NCBI GenBank assembly: GCA_009602735.1
Contig: WELA01000984.1
Location: forward strand, 1-58,501
Reading direction: 5' to 3'
DNA length: 58,501 nt
Origin: Mesotaenium endlicherianum
Taxonomy: Eukaryota
The notes below the pieces were generated by a model that saw only the letters and a list, made by a program, of their open reading frames with translations, made no database searches and was not told the DNA's origin. Every line of letters starts with the position of its first letter. The first letter of the stretch is position 1. This document shows, piece after piece, positions 44,601-58,501 of this stretch. The position numbers and the translations under genes are program-made.

Positions 44601-47570
44601 ATGGATGGACATTGAAGCACCAGCTTGTTAAAGCGCGATACATACTCCTGAACGCTTCCTCGTTGACGAAGGCGCATTAGTAGATCTCGAGCGGTAGCCT
44701 CTGGTGCAATAGGTTGAAATTGCCTCTTCAAGCCTTCAAAGAGCTAATCAACAGTAGCAGGAACTCCAGACAGCTGCTCTTCTCGTTCATACCAAGCTCC
44801 AGCACTCTTCTGCAGTAAATTTATGACAAAGGCGACTTGCTTGTCGGGCGTGAGCGCAGAATACTCCATAAACTTCTTCACTCAAAAAATCCATTGATGA
44901 ACAGGCGGCGATCCACGCTCACCAGTATAAACTTCAGACTTAGGCGCACGCACTCCTGATGCGGGTGGAATAACTGGCTGCACCACTGGGTTAACATGAA
45001 TTGGTGGCACAACAGGTGCAGGTGCCGAACTCGTCGAAGCGGCGTTCCCCATAACAACTCGCACCATTCTCTCCACCTCCGCGCGCATATTTTGTTGAAA
45101 CTGGGTGTAGACTTCTCCTCCAATTGCATTTGCCATTTGCCTTAGCATCGCCTGCATCTCTTGTTGCTCTCTGGTCATTGTTGGTGCTGCCTGCTGCCCC
45201 GCGCGCTCAACATGCTCGACATGTTCGCCTCCTCCAGCTGCCGGCTGCGACTCCATAATATAATATGCAAACTAGCCCAGCTCCGATACCAGATGAAAGG
45301 GGCAGAGTGCCCTAGTGGAAGCGTAGTGACTCACGAGGAACAAAGCTAGTTGCAATCATACTCAAGAGTGCAGCGGCATATTGCTAAGAAAGCTTAAGAA
45401 AATTACTTGACATTTTGAGTGGCAAGAAACTGCTCACAAATGATGTAGGATGAAAGGCCTTGTCATTACAAACCCGTAGAAATTTACAAAAGTGAAAACT
45501 GACAAGAAACAAAGAAGTTATGCCTATTTATAATTTTCTGCCTAAGTGCTCCTCTCTAGGAGGAAGCTACGGATTTTCCTAAGTGTTCGTCAAATCGTCC
45601 CTTCCAGAATATTCGTGAGTAAGCCAGATCAGTGTCATCTGACGTGTCGGGCCAATTGACGTCCACATACATGCATCGACATTACTAGAGTATTCTATCT
45701 TAGACGGGCTAGGCTAAACCGAAACTTCTAGGTAAATTGACCTAGTCGGCACTCCGCGTCAGCCAAACTTACGTGAAGGTTCGAATTCATTCTAACGGGC
45801 CAGATCGCTCGACGCTGTCGGTCAATCTGACGGTCGCGCTCACCGCGGATTAAGGACAGTCGTCAACCGACCTCAAAACTAATTAAACTTCGAAGATCTA
45901 TAACTCTCTCAACACTGGACCAAATTCGATGAGCTTTATATCAAAATGACCACAAAAATGCACTCTATACTACTATACAATCAAAACATACTTTCTTGAA
46001 AATCAAAAATGCCCTTTATAAATCTATGACTTTACACACAAGAGCAGCGCATGCTCGGGCGTGAGGTGAAGTGGCAGTTGTTGTATGAGTGAGCTTACAG
46101 CACTTCCAGCTTGGAGAACAAGCGGGTTGAATCTCCAATGAAGCCGCTCAAACTCAGGTCATCAAGTGATCCAGGTACGATCTTGTGCAGCCAGCCCACC
46201 ACAAAACAGTAGCAGCCGCGCCCGTCGTGATGTGTTTGAGTCACACAACACCGTGTGACACGGAAGGTCAGCAACCCCCACTTATAGTGGCCACTCCTGT
46301 CATACAAAGAGATTACGAAGACTTGCTACAGCACGCAGTGAACTTTGGGAGAGAACAACAAATCACCACCAAGCGACTAGACCTGCGAGCTAAACTTGGG
46401 TCCCAGTCCCTTGGACATCTGAGAACACAATATATAGTCTATGCGAGGAAGCCTCCTACGATAGTTTTGAAGGAGCTCAGACCCTTCCATACACCTACCA
46501 CGAAGCTCATTGCCACAGAGCGGAACAAGCATCAGCATAAAATTTGGAGGTGTGGAAATGGATACGGACATTTCCTTGCAACTTGGTCTAGTAAATCATA
46601 AAGAAGTCCCATGACATGGCAAAGATGGCAGCAAATGTTACCTGACATTTGTTTTTTTGTTGCACATGTGTCAACTAGCTCACATTCTACTCATTCCTCA
46701 AGCAGCTTAAGAGCAAAGGAGATTGTACTTTAGTTGATCAGTATAAAGACTTCAGGTATTCCTGGAGTTTGCTATACTCACATGGAATTAACGAATCCAT
46801 CAGGTGTACAAGAAATGTACTCTATGCCTCGGCAATCAATTTGATTCCAGATGTAGAACCATCCATTTAAATCCACCAAGTCTGCTCGAAGCCGCTGGAG
46901 AGCGGCTGCTGTAAGTGCCCGAATAAATCTATTCGTAAGGAAAAGGAAAAGCCTAGGGCCTGATGACAAGCTTAAGACTACATGATGCATGCTTGGGGCA
47001 AGTCCATAGTAAAACACATTATCGTTCCTGCTCTTAGTGAACACCCGAACTACTCGAGAGAAACAATGTACTATCATGAATAAGGCTCCAACGTTAAAAT
47101 GAAGAATGCGTGCAGCATTGAAGATGAAGAACCAACACTTGAGTTCGCTCAGGACTACCAGCTTTCTGTGTGCAATGCAACTAAGTTAAATAGGGCCCTA
47201 TAGTTGTACAAAACTCCTCAAGCAATGCCTGTGTCTTAATGTGCAGATATGACAAACGGCCGTAAGCACTTCCGGATGTAGAATGAAAATGGCCTGACAA
47301 TCTACAATGCACTATTATCTATACACCTGCCTGGCAAATTCAAGCAATCCTTCCCACAAGCCCGGAGAAAATAAAAGCAAGAAAGGTTGTGCAGACTCGC
47401 GTATGCTTTGACCATGTTGGCACAAAATAAACTCGAAGGGTGTAGAGGTCCTTACATTCCGCTGGTTGAATGCGCACAGCAGCTGCAAAGCTCACTTGAA
47501 GGGAGAGAAAGAGGCATGTGCATAAAAGGCGGTGAAACACAGGTTTGGTTATTGCCATTCTTAGTTTCAT
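12783..47570 (-). CDS. Multi-exon LRR receptor-like protein/kinase ectodomain gene, possibly disrupted. Exons: 47570-47456, 46908-46782, 46170-46099, 17598-17527, 16633-16562, 16168-16094, 15402-15331, 14767-14669, 14296-14225, 13900-13829, 12849-12783 (cut by LTR A)
   Basis: Signal peptide ([17 protein letters not shown]), LRRNT-like exon ([20 protein letters not shown]), then phase-2 exons of mostly 72 nt, each encoding one plant [170 protein letters not shown]. Splice sites are AG/GT except the exon-3 acceptor. Confidence 0.85.
14499..14608. repeat. (CT)n microsatellite containing an N gap, intronic
   Basis: Direct reading. Confidence 0.9.
15055..15150. repeat. Imperfect (TA)n microsatellite, intronic
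   Basis: Direct reading. Confidence 0.8.
19104..19846 (-). repeat. 3' LTR of C-outer (743 bp)
   Basis: Plus strand TGAAAGGGG...TTTACA; homologous to the five other C LTRs. Confidence 0.95.
19834..21540 (-). pseudogene. pol: C-outer pol 3' part (end of RNase H, integrase, chromodomain)
   Basis: Near-identical to the intact C pol; CAG>TAG stop at 20656-20658; truncated by element D. Confidence 0.93.
21541..21716. repeat. 176-bp inverted repeat (74-bp arms, 2 mismatches, 28-bp spacer) in place of D's 3' LTR
   Basis: 21541-21614 is the reverse complement of 21643-21716. Confidence 0.95.
21541..26281 (-). mobile_element. Element D: non-coding (LARD-like) LTR element related to family A
   Basis: Truncated 5' LTR (25256 to ~26281) ends GATTCATTTCA like LTR A and shares the CTACCA..GTGGTTAA.TCC.GGGTAGGCGG core; PBS TGGTTATCGGAGC at 25242-25254; PPT TAAGTTGGGGAGAT at 21717-21730; no gag/pol ORF in the ~3.5-kb interior. 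Confidence 0.8.
26282..27493 (-). pseudogene. C-outer gag 3' end and pol 5' part (protease, RT start)
   Basis: ORF 26278-27363 matches the first ~360 aa of intact C pol (MVDSGA); the gag knuckle region lies at 27279-27493. Confidence 0.92.
27494..28237 (-). repeat. Array LTR a (3'-terminal, 744 bp)
   Basis: TG..CA; preceded by TSD TCCAA. Confidence 0.95.
28225..31908 (-). CDS. pol: Pol, array unit 1 (PR-RT-RH-IN-chromodomain)
   Basis: 1227-aa ORF with MVDSGA, FLDD, TDAS, HHCC/DDE and [21 protein letters not shown]; the stop codon lies inside the LTR. Confidence 0.96.
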   Translation of the reverse strand: MRQAWTSGSRLSCEGEATSTAGKRRTPVSRSGVSTGVKTRTHKEVIPRSLPRSKGRDVDKPIIVEGVVDGNKAKCMVDSGASANFVHKKLVKEWRIPVQKHYEPKEAILANGQRLKCGAPTEAIHVEVAGHRSKEVMEQAELGHHEVILGRPWLRKANPQVHWSTGQVKVQGRDGRMETAKQVEVDTTTSNCLLSSLQVKKLCRANQVKEMYLVSVALARSSDGASVNPNSLGECTSPEEQVVVSDPLAQKEQSPTAQEKKPAEMPAQIKALLEEFKCVFPEELPAGLPPQRAMEHKIELEPGSKPPVRPAYRQSFAELDELKKQLTELLEKGFIRPSESPFAAPVLFVKKKDGTMRMCVDYRALNKVTIKNRYPLPRVDELIDRLVGAKYFSKIDLRSGYHQVRIAEGDVQKTAFRTRYGLFEFTVMPFGLTNAPATFMGLMNSIFRPYLDQFVVVFLDDILIYSKTLEEHVEHLRKVLEVLRDQKLYGKMSKCDFCLKEVEFLGHIVGAEGVKVEQKKVQAVRDWPVPADIHQLRSFLGMANYYRRFIEGFAKVCAPLTDMLKKQEKWLWGDKEQQAFEKIKELLTQAPVLAIASPELPFTIITDASNFAVGAILLQDQGKGLQPVAYESRKLSPAEQNYAAHEREMLAIIQALRIWRCYVDGRKVFIKTDHKSLEKFMTQPTLTPRQARWMEFLQQFDHKIEYLPGKINPADALSRRCDLAAVSVIKENMDFKEKLQRGYEEDPQFADGGAAEFNSSMQKKDGIWYYGDSKRVVVPDIKELRDLLLAEHHDCLYAGHFGSEKTASVLKREYYWRNMDKDIEEWIRSCDACQRNKTPNQKKGGTLRPLPIPEYPWEQIAMDFITSLPVSGQGHDAVWVVSDRLSKMAHFIPMKETSTAADVARLFFDHIFRLHGLPKVIVSDRDPRFTSNFWRSLFTLMGTKLSMSTSYHPQTDGQSERLNRTLQEVLRSFTMEDPSEWDKKLPGLEFAYNNSMQGSTKQSPFAMVYGREVYHPGNILLEKAKETQVPTTQAFMEQMAKTWDMAKTCIRKAQEEQVKHANKHRREVTFHVGDKVLLSTENLPFTGKRKLRARFTGPFVVLKQVNPVAYKLELPSGWRIHDVFHVSCLRPYVDPNEGHPGRLPTPPPPVEIDDVLEYEVEAIVGDRRVKRGQRFVQEYLVKWKGYHADDNTWEPEANLTHCKSKLRRYLQNASRTSHLEKGDDVRS
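31766..31845 (-). promoter_or_regulatory. Putative -1 ribosomal frameshift signal of family C (G_GAA_AAA plus H-type pseudoknot); repeated in the other copies
   Basis: Heptamer at 31845-31839, 5-nt spacer, 9-bp stem ACGCCAGUA/UACUGGCGU, loop CUGGGG pairs with downstream CCCCAG. Confidence 0.75.
31824..32855 (-). CDS. gag: Gag, array unit 1 (343 aa)
   Basis: [35 protein letters not shown]. Confidence 0.95.
   Translation of the reverse strand: MESQPAAEGGERVEHVERAGQQAAPTMTREQQEMQAMLRQMANAIGGEVYTQFQQNMRAEVERMVRVVMGNAASTSSAPAPVVPPIHVNPVVQPVIPPASGVRAPKPEVYTGERGSPPVHQWIFGVKKFMEYSALTPDRQVAFVITLLQKSAGAWYEREEQLSGVPATVDQLFEGLKRQFQPIAPEATARDLLVRLRQRGSVQEYVSRFNELVLQCPSMHESEMMDKFKRGLKPTVAKEVALKDPTSLGEMMALATRVDAVEYSQRQWGSHNFGGYRHFGSQAPSTSVQGPVPMELGLVQYQRRQQNFKPRGPCYSCGKLGHLARDCHVKAKQPQQQEKGGRQ
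32879..32890 (-). promoter_or_regulatory. PBS of unit 1 (also at 38278-38289, 43677-43688, 45280-45291)
   Basis: TGGTATCGGAGC 2 nt inside each 5'-side LTR. Confidence 0.9.
32893..33636 (-). repeat. Array LTR b, shared by units 1 and 2
   Basis: PBS on one side and PPT on the other. Confidence 0.95.
33624..37307 (-). CDS. pol: Pol, array unit 2
   Basis: 1227-aa intact ORF with the same domains. Confidence 0.96.
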   Translation of the reverse strand: MRQAWTSGSRLSCEGEATSTAGKRRTPVSRSGVSTGVKTRTHKEVIPRSLPRSKRRDVDKPIIVEGVVDGNKAKCMVDSGASANFVHKKLVKEWRIPVQKHYEPKEAILANGQRLKCGAPTEAIHVEVAGHRSKEVMEQAELGHHEVILGRPWLRKANPQVHWSTGQVKVQGRDGRMETAKQVEVDTTTSNCLLSSLQVKKLCRANQVKEMYLVSVALARSSDGASVNPNSLGECTSPEEQVVVSDPLAQKEQSPTAQEKKPAEMPAQIKALLEEFKCVFPEELPTGLPPQRAMEHKIELEPGSKPPVRPAYRQSFAELDELKKQLTELLEKGFIRPSESPFAAPVLFVKKKDGTMRMCVDYRALNKVTIKNRYPLPRVDELIDRLVGAKYFSKIDLRSGYHQVRIAEGDVQKTAFRTRYGLFEFTVMPFGLTNAPATFMGLMNSIFRPYLDQFVVVFLDDILIYSKTLEEHVGHLRKVLEVLRDQKLYGKMSKCDFCLKEVEFLGHIVGAEGVKVEQKKVQAVRDWPVPADIHQLRSFLGMANYYRRFIEGFAKVCAPLTDMLKKQEKWLWGDKEQQAFEKIKELLTQAPVLAIASPELPFTIITDASNFAVGAILLQDQGKGLQPVAYESRKLSPAEQNYAAHEREMLAIIQALRIWRCYVDGRKVFIKTDHKSLEKFMTQPTLTPRQARWMEFLQQFDHKIEYLPGKINPADALSRRCDLAAVSVIKENMDFKEKLQKGYEEDPQFADGGAAEFNASMQKKDGIWYYGDSKRVVVPDIKELRDLLLTEHHDCLYAGHFGSEKTASVLKREYYWRNMDKDIEEWIRSCDACQRNKTPNQKKGGTLRPLPIPEYPWEQIAMDFITSLPVSGQGHDAVWVVSDRLSKMAHFIPMKETSTAADVARLFFDHIFRLHGLPKVIVSDRDPRFTSNFWRSLFTLMGTKLSMSTSYHPQTDGQSERLNRTLQEVLRSFTMEDPSEWDKKLPGLEFAYNNSMQGSTKQSPFAMVYGREVYHPGNILLEKAKETQVPTTQAFMEQMAKTWDMAKTCIRKAQQEQVKHANKHRREVTFQVGDKVLLSTENLPFTGKRKLRARFTGPFEVLKQVNLVTYKLELPPGWRIHDVFHVSCLRPYVDPNEGHPGRLPTPPPPVEIDDVLEYEVEAIVGDRRVKRGQRVVQEYLVKWKGYHADDNTWEPEANLTHCKSKLRRYLQNASRTSHLEKGDDVRS
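37223..38254 (-). CDS. gag: Gag, array unit 2
   Basis: 343-aa intact ORF with CCHC knuckle. Confidence 0.95.
   Translation of the reverse strand: MESQPAAGGGEHVEHVERAGQQAAPTMTREQQEMQAMLRQMANAIGGEVYTQFQQNMRAEVERMVRVVMGNAASTSSAPAPVVPPIHVNPVVQPVIPPASGVRAPKPEVYTGERGSPPVHQWIFGVKKFMEYSALTPDRQVAFVITLLQKSAGAWYEREEQLSGVPATVDQLFEGLKRQFQPIAPEATARDLLVRLRQRGSVQEYVSRFNELVLQCPSMHESEMMDKFKRGLKPTVAKEVALKDPTSLGEMMALATRVDAVEYSQRQWGSHNFGGYRHFGSQAPSTSVQGPVPMELGLVQYQRRQQNFKPRGPCYSCGKLGHLARDCHVKAKQPQQQEKGGRQ
38292..39035 (-). repeat. Array LTR c, shared by units 2 and 3
   Basis: PBS on one side and PPT on the other. Confidence 0.95.
39023..42706 (-). CDS. pol: Pol, array unit 3
   Basis: 1227-aa intact ORF with the same domains. 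Confidence 0.96.
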   Translation of the reverse strand: MRQAWTSGSRLSCEGEATSTAGKRRTPVSRSGVSTGVKTRTHKEVIPRSLPRSKGRDVDKPIIVEGVVDGNKAKCMVDSGASANFVHKKLVKEWRIPVQKHYEPKEAILANGQRLKCGAPTEAIHVEVAGHRSKEVMEQAELGHHEVILGRPWLRKANPQVHWSTGQVKVQGRDGRMETAKQVEVDTTTSNCLLSSLQVKKLCRANQVKEMYLVSVALARSSDGASVNPNSLGECTSPEEQVVVSDPLAQKEQSPTAQEKKPAEMPAQIKALLEEFKCVFPEELPAGLPPQRAMEHKIELEPGSKPPVRPAYRQSFAELDELKKQLTELLEKGFIRPSESPFAAPVLFVKKKDGTMRMCVDYRALNKVTIKNRYPLPRVDELIDRLVGAKYFSKIDLRSGYHQVRIAEGDVQKTAFRTRYGLFEFTVMPFGLTNAPATFMGLMNSIFRPYLDQFVVVFLDDILIYSKTLEEHVGHLRKVLEVLRDQKLYGKMSKCDFCLKEVEFLGHIVGAEGVKVEQKKVQAVRDWPVPADIHQLRSFLGMANYYRRFIEGFAKVCAPLTDMLKKQEKWLWGDKEQQAFEKIKELLTQAPVLAIASPELPFTIITDASNFAVGAILLQDQGKGLQPVAYESRKLSPAEQNYAAHEREMLAIIQALRIWRCYVDGRKVFIKTDHKSLEKFMTQPTLTPRQARWMEFLQQFDHKIEYLPGKINPADALSRRCDLAAVSVIKENMDFKEKLQKGYEEDPQFADGGAAESNSSMQKKDGIWYYGDSKRVVVPDIKELRDLLLAEHHDCLYAGHFGSEKTASVLKREYYWRNMDKDIEEWIRSCDACQRNKTPNQKKGGTLRPLPIPEYPWEQIAMDFITSLPVSGQGHDAVWVVSDRLSKMAHFIPMKETSTAADVARLFFDHIFRLHGLPKVIVSDRDPRFTSNFWRSLFTLMGTKLSMSTSYHPQTDGQSERLNRTLQEVLRSFTMEDPSEWDKKLPGLEFAYNNSMQGSTKQSPFAMVYGREVYHPGNILLEKAKETQVPTTQAFMEQMAKTWDMAKTCIRKAQQEQVKHANKHRREVTFQVGDKVLLSTENLPFTGKRKLRARFTGPFEVLKQVNLVTYKLELPPGWRIHDVFHVSCLRPYVDPNEGHPGRLPTPPPPVEIDDVLEYEVEAIVGDRRVKRGQRVVREYLVKWKGYHADDNTWEPEANLTHCKSKLRRYLQNASRTSHLEEGDDVRS
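42622..43653 (-). CDS. gag: Gag, array unit 3
   Basis: 343-aa intact ORF with CCHC knuckle. Confidence 0.95.
   Translation of the reverse strand: MESQPAAGGGEHVEHVERAGQQAAPTMTREQQEMQAMLRQMANAIGGEVYTQFQQNMRAEVERMVRVVMGNAASTSSAPAPVVPPIHVNPVVQPVIPPASGVRAPKPEVYTGERGSPPVHQWIFGVKKFMEYSALTPDRQVAFVITLLQKSAGAWYEREEQLSGVPATVDQLFEGLKRQFQPIAPEATARDLLVRLRQRGSVQEYVSRFNELVLQCPSMHESEMMDKFKRGLKPTVAKEVALKDPTSLGEMMALATRVDAVEYSQRQWGSHNFGGYRHFGSQAPSTSVQGPVPMELGLVQYQRRQQNFKPRGPCYSCGKLGHLARDCHVKAKQPQQQEKGGRQ
43691..44434 (-). repeat. Array LTR d (5'-terminal), with a divergent outer ~150 bp
   Basis: TG..CA; followed by TSD TCCAA. Confidence 0.95.
44435..45256 (-). pseudogene. gag: C-outer gag 5' part
   Basis: Starts [13 protein letters not shown]; stops at 44882-44884 and 44744-44746; rejoins 27493 when the array is removed. 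Confidence 0.93.
45294..46036 (-). repeat. 5' LTR of C-outer
   Basis: Adjacent to the PBS; followed by TSD CACAA. Confidence 0.95.
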
Positions 47571-48404
47571 ATAAGTGAATGTATCCTCGATGATTGGAAC
47601 CTCATCCTAAATGCAGCGGAAGTGGAGAACGCAAGGTAATGTAGTGAAACACATATGGGCGTGAGGAGATGCTCCATTTATTGGTTTTGACATACGTTAC
47701 CTTTTTATATTGCATATAAATAAGAAATTTGTTGGTAAGGTGGACGGTGTCTGAATGACTCGACTGCACAAAGATCGTCTCCAGAGCCATGATTGCATGT
47801 CTACTGAGGAGGGGAGGAAAAAAAAAATCAAGTTGGCAACAGGGCATGACGAACCAAGCTGAGTTGGAGTAAAAATCAAGAGGACTGGCCCTCTAAATTC
47901 TTCTCGTGTTCTCTAGTCTTGACCTGTCTACTTTTGTGTTGGTTATTTCTCAAAGGTGCTCGAAGGGTAGCGAATTACGGTTCGTAAAATTCAGGTTAAT
48001 TCATAAACATATTCACTTCACGAAGTTTACACGGTTGAAGCCAGTCGAAGCTGTCGACAATGGTCGACGAGGTTCAAACCAGTTCAAGCTCATTCAAATC
48101 AGTTCAACTGGTTCAAACCAAGCTGTTCAGTAATACCACGCGTTCAGCTTCAATATTGCTTTATCCGCTCGTTTATTGCAATTTGGGGAGCGCTAAACTA
48201 AATATAGATATTTGCTTAACAATGAATGACGTGTATTGTTCCAGCCAGTTTCCTTCAGTTGCACGTCTCACTGTAAACAGCTTTGCATGCATACAAGAAA
48301 TGCTTATGTACAATTTGGAGAACGCACATCCAGCATCCTGACTCGTTGCTTCACATCAGATTTTGTTTTTGCTATTTGTGATAGCCGGCTATTTTACTAG
48401 AAGA

Positions 48405-56425
<8,021 letters not shown>

Positions 56426-57321
56426 GAGGCGTGCTTGTTGTCCCTACTGGCTTAAGGAAGCTAGAACGCTCCAGATAGTCTCGGTGTCTAATGAAAGAAA
56501 AATAGGCGTACATATTGCGAGGGACAGTTATCTGGGCCCCTGCTTGCTTATGCATTGGAGGAGCACTGTAGGAGAGTAAGGACATCTTTGGTGTTGCACA
56601 AAATTGTACTTGCCTGTTTTACAGTGTCAAGGGCCGTGCCTTCGTGACAGGGGGCAGACAGATGTGCATAGGCATGTTCGGCTCATGTAACTCAATGTGC
56701 AACATTGTTCGGCTCATGTAACACTATGTGCAACATTATTGTAACAAATATGTGTACTAGACGAATCTCGTAAGCCAAACTTAGCCTGCTTGCACGGGAT
56801 ACCCTTGATATTAATGATATATGTGCAGGCCATGGTCATCTCGGTCATCATGCATTCCGTGACTTGCATGGTGAAGCTTTCTATCAAAAAGCTTTTGGTT
56901 CGCTAGTCAACCAGAATTTTTGCATGACCGTAGTTGTGCATGAAGTACCTGGGGTTGATCACTGTTTGCTTCCCAAGCTCAAATTTTGCACATTTAAGCC
57001 CATCCTGTTTGAAAACCTTCATACCCTTTAGCTTGAATGGCCCACGTGCAGAACTTCAAAAAAACAGGTTATACCTTGGCCTGAAGTTGTACTGTACAAT
57101 AAGTGTCTATTGTCTGAAACTAGAGACCTACAGTTCTTCCCTTCATACAGCTCATTGAGAATTGCGTTCCGAGCACTGCTATTGGAACAGCCTTGCAGGC
57201 ACTGAAGCTGTTCGCATACGTCCCACAAATGTGGGACTAAGAGGACACCACCTTGGTCTAGCCCTGCACAACTTTACCGGCAACAGGTGCTATCCGCTCA
57301 CTGCAAGCTTGCGGCCGTGTG

Positions 57322-58424
57322 CTACGCTGAAGCTTCAACGCTATCCATCCGCCGCACTTGCAGCACAAACTCGTCCACGTGTCGCTCATGCAGACCCCGG
57401 GAGCCGGGCGAGGCCAGGGCGCGGGGCGACCGCCACTGCGCGTCGTCTGCTGCCGCTGCCGAGGAGGAGGCGCTCCCACTGCCCATCGAGTCTGCTGCGC
57501 CGCGGCTGCTCAGCTGGCCAGACTGGAACTTGGGAGTCATGACACTGATCCTGGGGCTCGGCGACCTGGACTCGGAAAACGCCTTATGCGAGTGCGACGC
57601 CTCGCCGCCGCCGTCGGGCCGGAGCTCGCTCCCGCTCGGGCTCAGCTTGTTGTGCTGCACCAGAAGCTCCTGCTCCAATGCCTCGCCCTCGGCGCCCCCG
57701 TCCTCGGCGTAGTCTTCCGACTTCTTGTCAAGCATCTTGTAGTACCTGCAACAGTGGGTGGGCATGAGTGTACGTATGCGCGTGAGGCACGAGCCCCCCC
57801 CCACGCGTCCACGTCAAGGCCAACCAGCGGCTGAATCGCAGGCATCCGGTAACACGCTATAGCCTCCCTATCTCGCAGCTGTCGTGCTCACAGTACCCCA
57901 GCAGCTTGAGGAAAGATATCATTTCACAGAGAAGAGCAGCCAGAAACCCCCCATAGCCCAAACCCTAAACAGCTTTTCTGCTTTGCACAGGCAAGCGTGC
58001 CAATGCACTGAGCATTGGATTACTTTGAAACAACTGCTCCATCAGTCACGCCATGGCCACAAGAGACAGCAGGGCAAACCTCTGATATGCAAAAAACAAC
58101 ATCACAAAGCCCCAGACTCCGAGGCCTCCAGCTTGATCCCGTCCCTAAATTTGCTTCTCAAGAAGCTGGGAGCCCCAGACTGAACTAAAAACCAAAAATA
58201 GCGTCGACCCCGCAGGCCAGCACGGGTGTCTGAAAGTCGGAGGCAGATGGCATCTGCTGCAGAAGGTGGGAGGGGAGAGAGGCGGAGGGGAAGAGGGGGA
58301 GGGGGAGACCAAGTATGTGTTGGGCTTACTTGTACACGTTGAACAGGCTCACGCCGAAAAGAATGATGACGAGGCCCAGCACGTTGACGAGCGTGAACTT
58401 GTCGTTGAATATGAAGTGGGACAC
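57322..58424 (-). CDS. 3' end of a nucleotide-sugar/triose-phosphate translocator family transporter (exons 58424-58330 and 57745-57322; gene continues beyond the window)
   Basis: Spliced translation VSHFIFNDKFTLVNVLGLVIILFGVSLFNVYKYYK resembles the last TM helix of SLC35C2-like plant translocators, followed by a Ser-rich tail; canonical splice sites. Confidence 0.75.
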
Positions 58425-58501
58425 CTGTCGTACACAGCCGGAAGAAGGCGCCGCAGGGGAGAGGGAGGGAGTTAGGGAGGGAGAGAGAGAGGTGGGGGTG
58501 G

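Larger units (their letters stand above)
19104..46036 (-). mobile_element. C-outer: old degenerate family-C chromovirus hosting element D and the C tandem array
   Basis: LTRs at 19104-19846 and 45294-46036, TSD CACAA (19099-19103 and 46037-46041), PBS at 45280-45291, PPT just after 19846; stops in gag (44882-44884, 44744-44746) and pol (20656-20658). Confidence 0.95.

Noticed and set aside
56675..56736. 2 x 31-bp tandem duplication downstream of the protease stop
   Set aside because: Ordinary local duplication with no further structure

Overview
Eukaryotic window, probably from a plant or streptophyte alga (GT-AG introns, plant-type LRR and phytepsin genes; the species cannot be read from the sequence). 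About two thirds of it is Ty3/gypsy chromovirus DNA lying inside one minus-strand LRR receptor-like gene. (A) A degenerate chromovirus (window start to 12782) carries an extra ~555-codon ORF between pol and the 3' LTR, and its LTR cuts an LRR exon. (B) An intact 6.7-kb chromovirus (1649-8328, TSD GTCCA) is nested in A's pol. (C-outer) An old minus-strand chromovirus (19104-46036, TSD CACAA) sits in intron 3 of the LRR gene. (D) A non-coding, A-related LTR element with a 176-bp palindromic 3' end replaces ~0.9 kb of C-outer pol. (C-array) The main feature is a 16.9-kb head-to-tail array of three intact, non-identical C copies sharing four LTRs (period 5399 bp). It is flanked by a single TSD (TCCAA) and inserted in the gag of its own family. 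The C gag-pol junction shows a -1 frameshift site and an H-type pseudoknot supported by a compensatory base-pair change between old and young copies. The right end holds a 14-exon aspartic proteinase (phytepsin) gene and the 3' end of a nucleotide-sugar/TPT-family transporter gene. All comparisons were made by eye; no database searches were run.
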